A stretch of 32,740 nucleotides of DNA from a plasmid, in the sequence record NZ_CP072582.1. One strand, written 5' to 3'. The position numbers were made by a program, and so were the translations under genes. The stretch's first letter is position 1; the number at the start of each line of letters is the position of its first letter. The notes below the pieces were generated by a model, which ran no database searches, was not told where the DNA came from, and saw only the letters and a list, made by a program, of their open reading frames with translations. Of the stretch, positions 27,209 through 32,740 are shown piece after piece.

Positions 27209-27727
27209 TCACAAACTTAGAACTTTACTTATCATCTCATAAGACAAGTTTCCAAATTGATAATTATTGGTAGATTTTAAATCATTATAATTTTCGAGAA
27301 ATTTTATATAAGTACCTCTCATCGGTTTATGGCTATTAAAAGTGTTAAAATCACTATCTTCAACTATTTCTTGAAACCTATTTAATTTTTCAATAAAAAA
27401 TTGTGCATAAAGTGCTAACTTAAATTCGGTAGAGCTATTAAAGTCAAAACCTTTAAATTGTATATAATAATTATCAATTGAATTTATATCTTTTAATTTA
27501 TTTTTACTAAAAGTAATATCTCTATACATATTTAATATGTCTAGAACAAACCGCGAATCTTCTTCTGGCAATGGATCAGAAATATTTTCAAATATTTCAC
27601 TATAGTGATATTCGTAACCTTCTGTTAGTATTTCTATTTTTTCAGCATAGTATTTTTCTTCGTTAGGATTTAAAGCTTTTAAAATTTCAAACTGATTTAT
27701 TAATGTTAATCTATTAAATTTATCCAT
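27209..27727 (-). CDS. YfbU-family (UPF0304, PF03887-like) protein, 172 aa. First gene of the AT-rich operon.
   Basis: Block-wise similarity to E. coli YfbU, recalled from memory: RLTLINQFEILKALNPNEEKYYAEKIEILTEGY vs [33 protein letters not shown]; FKGFD vs FLGFD; SHKPM vs AQTPM; C-terminal LSxxEIxxxL. GGAGGA RBS 7 nt upstream and a TATAAT -10. Confidence 0.65.
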   Translation of the reverse strand: MDKFNRLTLINQFEILKALNPNEEKYYAEKIEILTEGYEYHYSEIFENISDPLPEEDSRFVLDILNMYRDITFSKNKLKDINSIDNYYIQFKGFDFNSSTEFKLALYAQFFIEKLNRFQEIVEDSDFNTFNSHKPMRGTYIKFLENYNDLKSTNNYQFGNLSYEMISKVLSL

Positions 27728-27796
27728 ATTTTATCCTCCATGATTTATTTACTTTCATTATATAAAAGAATGAGATATAATATAAATGAAAGGGCA

Positions 27797-27816
27797 TGCT
27801 GTCACATGCCCAGTGT
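27797..27816 (-). terminator. Hairpin GGGCATG-CTGTCA-CATGCCC followed on the minus strand by a U-rich tract. It insulates the small-peptide gene from the YfbU operon promoter.
   Basis: Direct reading. Confidence 0.5.
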
Positions 27817-27856
27817 AGTCCGTTCAAAGCGGATGGCATGTAAATAAAGCTTTAGA

Positions 27857-27900
27857 GCTCGTCTACCTCGCCAAAAGTTGAGACGGCTCTATTTTTTTTG
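27857..27900 (+). terminator. Hairpin GAGCTCGTCT…AGACGGCTC followed by T8 (plus strand). It is bidirectional-looking and overlaps the 3' end of the 70-aa ORF.
   Basis: Direct reading. There is no obvious plus-strand gene upstream. Confidence 0.5.
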
Positions 27901-28101
27901 TTCTTTTTTGAACTTTAACCAAGCTAAAATCGAATCGCTAGCTTTCGCTACGGCAGTAATAACTACTGCTGCTGCTCCGATAATAGCAATGATTTGATCC
28001 AATGAGAACAAATCAGGCATTTCCTTTCTACAGAGTACGTCCGATAAGCTAATAAGCCCATAGGCACCACGCTCCTTCAATTGGATTTGCCAAACCGCCA
28101 C
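27889..28101 (-). CDS. Hypothetical small membrane protein, 70 aa (GTG start; C-terminal TM IIAIIGAAAVVITAVAKA plus Lys-rich tail)
   Basis: ORF with an extended -10 promoter TGATATAAT about 25 nt upstream (28133..28141) and a weak RBS. Confidence 0.4.
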   Translation of the reverse strand: MAVWQIQLKERGAYGLISLSDVLCRKEMPDLFSLDQIIAIIGAAAVVITAVAKASDSILAWLKFKKEQKK

Positions 28102-28235
28102 AAACTTTCTACAGTAACATTATATCATAGAATAAAGAACTTTAGATTGACTAAAAAAGCTAATTAGATTTTTTAAATATGTTGATTATTTTATGAATGG
28201 AGATACTCACTTTTCGGAATATATAGTGTTTTTAG

Positions 28236-28258
28236 GGTTCTGTTGCAAAGTTTTAAAT
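28236..28258 (-). repeat. Extra solo copy of the 23-bp IS1216 terminal repeat (GGTTCTGTTGCAAAGTTTTAAAT), tandem to the IR of copy 4
   Basis: Exact 23-bp tandem duplication at 28236..28258 and 28259..28281. Confidence 0.85.
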
Positions 28259-29067
28259 GGTTCTGTTGCAAAGTTTTAAATAAAGAATAAAATCCCTTAC
28301 GGTATCTATGATTTAAGCTGGGATTCCCAATAATACCTTGATTTCAGTACAGACCGAAAACCCGAAGAGAGTGCCTTCTTTTCGGGTTTTCTTATATAAT
28401 CCTCGAATGGCTTCCATGCCTTTAATCGTGGTAGAGGCAGTGCGTAAACTTCGATAGAATTTATTGCGTCTCTTTACTGGACGATGGTCTTGTTCAATCA
28501 AATTATTCAGGTATTTAATGGTACGATGTTCTGTCCCTTGATAAAAGCCGTATTCTTTTAGTTTCTTAAAGGCACTTGTAATAGAGGGGGCTTTATCTGT
28601 GACTACAACCTTCGGTTCATCAAACTGCTTCACTAACCGCTTAAGAAAAGCATAGGCTGCTTGTGTGTCCCGTTTTTTACGTAACCAAATATCCAAGGTT
28701 AAACCATCTGCATCGATGGCTCGATACAAATAATGCCATTTTCCTTTAATTTTGATGTACGTTTCATCCATTTTCCATGAATAAAAGGATTTTTTATTTT
28801 TCTTTTTCCAAATTTGATAGAGTAGTTTGCCATATTCTTGCACCCAACGATAAATCGTCGTATGAGAAACGTTAATGCCACGATCATATAAGATTTCTTG
28901 AACTTCACGATAGCTAAGGTTATAACGAAGATAGTAGCCCACGGCTACAATAATCACATCCTGCTGAAATTGCTTTCCTTTAAAATGATTCATCGTCATT
29001 CCTCCTGCTATCTTTTTCTATTATTCTACCTTATTTGATAGTAGATTTAAAACTTTGCAACAGAACC
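28259..29067 (-). mobile_element. IS1216-type insertion sequence, copy 4, 809 bp
   Basis: Terminal IRs. Transposase identical to copy 1. Confidence 0.95.
28313..28999 (-). CDS. tnp: IS6-family (IS1216) transposase, 228 aa
   Basis: Identical to the copy 1 protein. Confidence 0.95.
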   Translation of the reverse strand: MTMNHFKGKQFQQDVIIVAVGYYLRYNLSYREVQEILYDRGINVSHTTIYRWVQEYGKLLYQIWKKKNKKSFYSWKMDETYIKIKGKWHYLYRAIDADGLTLDIWLRKKRDTQAAYAFLKRLVKQFDEPKVVVTDKAPSITSAFKKLKEYGFYQGTEHRTIKYLNNLIEQDHRPVKRRNKFYRSLRTASTTIKGMEAIRGLYKKTRKEGTLFGFSVCTEIKVLLGIPA

Positions 29068-29208
29068 CCTTGAATGTATATAAACATTCTCAAAGGGATT
29101 TCTAAATCGTTAAGGGATCAACTTTGGGAGAGAGTTCAAAATTGATCCTTTTTTTATAACAGGAATTCAAATCTTTTTGTTCCATTAAAGGGCGCGATTG
29201 CTGAATAA

Positions 29209-29244
29209 AAGATACGAGAGACCTCTCTTGTATCTTTTTTATTT
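29209..29244 (+). terminator. Rho-independent terminator (AAGATACGAGAGA / TCTCTTGTATCTT stem plus TTTTTTATTTT)
   Basis: Direct reading. Confidence 0.55.
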
Positions 29245-29251
29245 TGAGTGG

Positions 29252-29341
29252 TTTTGTCCGTTACACTAGAAAACCGAAAGACAATAAAAATTTTATTCTT
29301 GCTGAGTCTGGCTTTCGGTAAGCTAGACAAAACGGACAAAA
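29252..29341. other. Long imperfect palindrome (outer arms TTTTGTCCGTT / AACGGACAAAA, inner arms CCGAAAG / CTTTCGG): candidate single-strand origin (sso) of the rolling-circle plasmid remnant
   Basis: Roughly 90-nt hairpin-capable region located upstream of oriT/mob, as in pUB110/pMV158-type plasmids. Confidence 0.4.
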
Positions 29342-29559
29342 TAAAAATTGGCAAGGGTTTAAAGGTGGAGATTTTTTGAGTGATCTTCTCAAAAAATACT
29401 ACCTGTCCCTTGCTGATTTTTAAACGAGCACGAGAGCAAAACCCCCCTTTGCTGAGGTGGCAGAGGGCAGGTTTTTTTGTTTCTTTTTTCTCGTAAAAAA
29501 AAGAAAGGTCTTAAAGGTTTTATGGTTTTGGTCGGCACTGCCGACAGCCTCGCAGAGCA

Positions 29560-29600
29560 CACACTTTATGAATATAAAGTATAGTGTGTTATACTTTACT
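29560..29600 (+). other. oriT: MobV-type origin of transfer (RSA site): inverted repeat TAAAGTATAGTGTG/TTATACTTTA with predicted nick site in GTGTG/TTATA
   Basis: The sequence ACTTTATGAATATAAAGTATAGTGTGTTATACTTTA matches the pMV158-family oriT consensus from memory. It lies about 70 nt upstream of the mob start. Confidence 0.75.
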
Positions 29601-29668
29601 TGGAAGTGGTTGCCGGAAAGAGCGAAAATGCCTCACATTTGTGCCACCTAAAAAGGAGCGATTTACAT

Positions 29669-30484
29669 ATGAGTTATGCAGTTTGTAGAATGCAAAAAGT
29701 GAAATCAGCTGGACTAAAAGGCATGCAATTTCATAATCAAAGAGAGCGAAAAAGTAGAACGAATGATGATATTGACCATGAGCGAACACGTGAAAATTAT
29801 GATTTGAAAAATGATAAAAATATTGATTACAACGAACGTGTCAAAGAAATTATTGAATCACAAAAAACAGGTACAAGAAAAACGAGGAAAGATGCTGTTC
29901 TTGTAAATGAGTTGCTAGTAACATCTGACCGAGATTTTTTTGAGCAACTGGATCCAGGAGAACAAAAACGATTTTTTGAGGAAAGTTATAAATTATTTTC
30001 CGAACGATATGGCAAGCAAAATATTGCTTATGCAACAGTTCATAATGATGAGCAAACCCCTCACATGCATTTAGGTGTTGTGCCTATGCGTGATGGAAAA
30101 CTGCAAGGAAAAAATGTGTTTAATCGTCAAGAACTGTTATGGCTACAAGATAAATTCCCCGAGCATATGAAAAAACAGGGTTTTGAGTTGAAGCGTGGTG
30201 AACGTGGCTCTGACCGTAAACATATTGAGACAGCTAAATTTAAAAAACAAACTTTGGAAAAAGAGATTGATTTTCTAGAAAAAAATTTAGCAGTTAAAAA
30301 AGATGAATGGACTGCTTATAGCGATAAAGTTAAATCAGATTTAGAAGTACCAGCGAAACGACACATGAAAAGTGTTGAAGTGCCAACGGGTGAAAAGTCC
30401 ATGTTTGGTTTGGGAAAAGAAATAATGAAAACAGAAAAGAAACCAACCAAAAATGTTGTTATATCGGAGCGTGATTATAAAAAC
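29669..30484 (+). pseudogene. mob: MobV-family (Mob/Pre) relaxase, 3'-truncated by IS1216 copy 5 (272 codons retained; start MSYAVCRMQKVK)
   Basis: N-terminal MSYxVxRMQK relaxase motif, HNDEQTPHMHLGVVP histidine triad. The ORF runs into the IS1216 IR (…NWFCCKVLNLLSNKVE). Confidence 0.85.
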
Positions 30485-31294
30485 TGGTTCTGTTGCAAAG
30501 TTTTAAATCTACTATCAAATAAGGTAGAATAATAGAAAAAGATAGCAGGAGGAATGACGATGAATCATTTTAAAGGAAAGCAATTTCAGCAGGATGTGAT
30601 TATTGTAGCCGTGGGCTACTATCTTCGTTATAACCTTAGCTATCGTGAAGTTCAAGAAATCTTATATGATCGTGGCATTAACGTTTCTCATACGACGATT
30701 TATCGTTGGGTGCAAGAATATGGCAAACTACTCTATCAAATTTGGAAAAAGAAAAATAAAAAATCCTTTTATTCATGGAAAATGGATGAAACGTACATCA
30801 AAATTAAAGGAAAATGGCATTATTTGTATCGAGCCATCGATGCAGATGGTTTAACCTTGGATATTTGGTTACGTAAAAAACGGGACACACAAGCAGCCTA
30901 TGCTTTTCTTAAGCGGTTAGTGAAGCAGTTTGATGAACCGAAGGTTGTAGTCACAGATAAAGCCCCCTCTATTACAAGTGCCTTTAAGAAACTAAAAGAA
31001 TACGGCTTTTATCAAGGGACAGAACATCGTACCATTAAATACCTGAATAATTTGATTGAACAAGACCATCGTCCAGTAAAGAGACGCAATAAATTCTATC
31101 GAAGTTTACGCACTGCCTCTACCACGATTAAAGGCATGGAAGCCATTCGAGGATTATATAAGAAAACCCGAAAAGAAGGCACTCTCTTCGGGTTTTCGGT
31201 CTGTACTGAAATCAAGGTATTATTGGGAATCCCAGCTTAAATCATAGATACCGTAAGGGATTTTATTCTTTATTTAAAACTTTGCAACAGAACC
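30485..31294 (+). mobile_element. IS1216-type insertion sequence, copy 5 (810 bp; 1-bp insertion in the 5' UTR relative to copy 1)
   Basis: Terminal IRs. Transposase identical to copy 1. Confidence 0.95.
30554..31240 (+). CDS. tnp: IS6-family (IS1216) transposase, 228 aa
   Basis: Identical to the copy 1 protein. Confidence 0.95.
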   Translation: MTMNHFKGKQFQQDVIIVAVGYYLRYNLSYREVQEILYDRGINVSHTTIYRWVQEYGKLLYQIWKKKNKKSFYSWKMDETYIKIKGKWHYLYRAIDADGLTLDIWLRKKRDTQAAYAFLKRLVKQFDEPKVVVTDKAPSITSAFKKLKEYGFYQGTEHRTIKYLNNLIEQDHRPVKRRNKFYRSLRTASTTIKGMEAIRGLYKKTRKEGTLFGFSVCTEIKVLLGIPA

Positions 31295-31305
31295 GAAAGA
31301 AGTGA

Positions 31306-31521
31306 GTGATTGTGGGAAATTTAGGCGCACAAAAAGCAAAACGAAATGATACACCAATCAGTGCAAAAAAAGATATAATGGGAGATAAGACGGTTCGTGT
31401 TCGTGCTGACTTGCACCATATCATAAAAATCGAAACAGCAAAGAATGGCGGAAACGTAAAAGAAGTTATGGATCAAGCCTTAGAAGAATATATACGGAAA
31501 TATTTACCTGACAAACTTTAA
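31306..31521 (+). CDS. omega: Omega global repressor (RHH) of Inc18 plasmids, 71 aa, GTG start
   Basis: MIVGNLGAQKAKRNDTPISAKKDIMGDKTVRVRADLHHIIKIETAKNGGNVKEVMDQALEEYIRKYLPDKL matches omega. The IS1216 end lies 11 nt upstream. Confidence 0.9.
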   Translation: MIVGNLGAQKAKRNDTPISAKKDIMGDKTVRVRADLHHIIKIETAKNGGNVKEVMDQALEEYIRKYLPDKL

Positions 31522-31537
31522 AAGGAGTGAAAATGAA

Positions 31538-31810
31538 ATGGCAGTTACGTATGAAAAAACATTTGAAATAGAGATCATTAACGAATTATCGGCAAGCGTT
31601 TATAATCGAGTATTAAACTATGTTTTGAACCATGAATTAAATAAAAATGACTCTCAATTATTGGAAGTCAATTTATTAAACCAATTAAAGCTTGCAAAAC
31701 GTGTAAATCTTTTTGATTATTCTTTAGAAGAATTACAAGCCGTTCATGAGTATTGGCGGTCAATGAATCGTTACTCAAAACAAGTTTTGAATAAAGAGAA
31801 AGTGGCTTAA
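31538..31810 (+). CDS. epsilon: Epsilon antitoxin, 90 aa
   Basis: [44 protein letters not shown]… matches epsilon. Confidence 0.92.
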   Translation: MAVTYEKTFEIEIINELSASVYNRVLNYVLNHELNKNDSQLLEVNLLNQLKLAKRVNLFDYSLEELQAVHEYWRSMNRYSKQVLNKEKVA

Positions 31811-31811
31811 T

Positions 31812-32675
31812 ATGGCAAATATAGTCAATTTTACTGACAAACAATTTGAGAATCGCTTAAATGATAATTTAGAAGAATTGATTCAAGGAAAAAAAGCGGT
31901 TGAATCGCCAACCGCTTTTTTACTTGGTGGGCAACCAGGGTCAGGGAAAACCAGTTTGCGATCAGCAATTTTTGAAGAAACACAAGGGAATGTTATTGTC
32001 ATTGATAATGATACCTTTAAACAACAGCACCCTAATTTTGATGAACTAGTGAAACTTTATGAAAAAGACGTAGTAAAACACGTTACCCCTTATTCTAATC
32101 GCATGACAGAAGCGATCATAAGCCGTTTGAGCGATCAAGGGTATAATTTGGTGATCGAAGGTACAGGACGAACAACAGACGTTCCTATTCAAACCGCAAC
32201 AATGCTTCAAGCCAAAGGTTATGAAACAAAAATGTATGTCATGGCAGTACCTAAAATCAACTCATATTTAGGAACAATTGAACGATATGAAACCATGTAT
32301 GCAGATGATCCAATGACAGCCAGGGCAACACCAAAACAAGCGCATGATATTGTTGTCAAAAACTTACCGACCAATTTAGAAACCCTTCATAAAACGGGCT
32401 TATTTAGCGATATAAGGCTATATAACAGAGAAGGAGTAAAACTCTATTCAAGTTTGGAAACACCTTCTATTAGTCCAAAAGAAACCTTAGAAAAAGAATT
32501 GAATCGTAAAGTATCAGGGAAAGAAATTCAACCGACTTTAGAACGAATAGAGCAAAAAATGGTTCTAAATAAACACCAAGAGACACCTGAATTTAAAGCA
32601 ATTCAACAAAAATTGGAAAGCTTGCAGCCACCTACACCACCAATACCCAAAACACCTAAACTTCCAGGTATTTAA
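31812..32675 (+). CDS. zeta: Zeta toxin (UDP-GlcNAc kinase), 287 aa
   Basis: Walker [11 protein letters not shown]. The sequence matches the zeta toxin of the pSM19035/pRE25 family. Confidence 0.92.
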   Translation: MANIVNFTDKQFENRLNDNLEELIQGKKAVESPTAFLLGGQPGSGKTSLRSAIFEETQGNVIVIDNDTFKQQHPNFDELVKLYEKDVVKHVTPYSNRMTEAIISRLSDQGYNLVIEGTGRTTDVPIQTATMLQAKGYETKMYVMAVPKINSYLGTIERYETMYADDPMTARATPKQAHDIVVKNLPTNLETLHKTGLFSDIRLYNREGVKLYSSLETPSISPKETLEKELNRKVSGKEIQPTLERIEQKMVLNKHQETPEFKAIQQKLESLQPPTPPIPKTPKLPGI

Positions 32676-32687
32676 ACCTTAAAAAAG

Positions 32688-32729
32688 GAAAAGAGTAGTT
32701 ACCAAAAAACGGTAACTACTCTTTTTTTA
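32688..32729 (+). terminator. Rho-independent terminator of the omega-epsilon-zeta operon (perfect 12-bp stem AGAGTAGTTACC / GGTAACTACTCT plus T7)
   Basis: Direct reading. Confidence 0.85.
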
Positions 32730-32740
32730 TAAAAACATTT

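Noticed and set aside
28236-28282. Tandem 23-bp repeat considered as a possible CRISPR-like or iteron array
   Set aside because: There are only two units and no spacers. The sequence is exactly the IS1216 terminal IR, so it is an IS end duplication.
29154-30035. Several short ORFs (29154..29354 -, 29457..29651 +, 29589..29789 -, 29850..30035 -) around the sso/oriT/mob region
   Set aside because: They overlap structured non-coding origin elements or lie antisense to mob. None has an RBS.
1-32740. Looked for omega-binding heptad arrays (AATCACA/TGTGATT), CRISPR repeats, and tRNA or rRNA genes
   Set aside because: Only isolated single heptad matches were found (e.g. near 17400). There are no arrays, no regularly spaced repeats with spacers, and no tRNA-like cloverleaf candidates or rRNA-like conserved stretches.

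Overview
The window reads as a mosaic low-GC Gram-positive (Enterococcus-type) Inc18-family multiresistance plasmid segment. It has been heavily remodelled by insertion sequences: five IS1216 (IS6-family) copies, two distinct ISL3 elements, an IS982-like element, an IS30-like element and two nested IS3-family elements.

Resistance cargo:
- ermBL–erm(B), flanked by a 63-bp perfect inverted repeat.
- aph(3')-IIIa, then sat4 split by a nested IS982-like/ISL3 insertion, then ant(6)-Ia with a methyltransferase, a nucleotidyltransferase and an HTH gene.
- A large serine recombinase 3' remnant and a 5'-truncated lnu(B).

Plasmid backbone:
- A 497-aa Inc18 RepE/RepR-type initiator with a leader attenuator and an antisense-RNA terminator, but no copR.
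- A divergent ParA plus small ribbon-helix-helix (RHH) partition operon bracketed by centromere-like repeat arrays.
- omega–epsilon–zeta at the right end, with omega's promoter replaced by an IS1216 copy.
- Two resolvases and a class III Fic protein.

Rolling-circle (RCR) plasmid remnants (Rep_1 fragment, single-strand-origin (sso)-like palindromes, pMV158-type oriT and a truncated MobV relaxase) lie about 18 kb apart, each abutting an IS1216 copy.

The most interesting unexplained cargo is an extremely AT-rich two-gene operon (27727..26684, minus strand). It encodes a YfbU-family protein and a membrane-anchored coiled-coil protein, has its own promoter, RBSs and terminator, and sits beside a resolvase and a small membrane peptide gene. 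I flag it as a candidate uncharacterised phage-defence or abortive-infection-like module.

Other orphan candidates are a 4-TM membrane protein (13208..14059) and a truncated RHH gene with a GGATAGT-heptad operator. No CRISPR arrays, rRNA or tRNA genes were seen.
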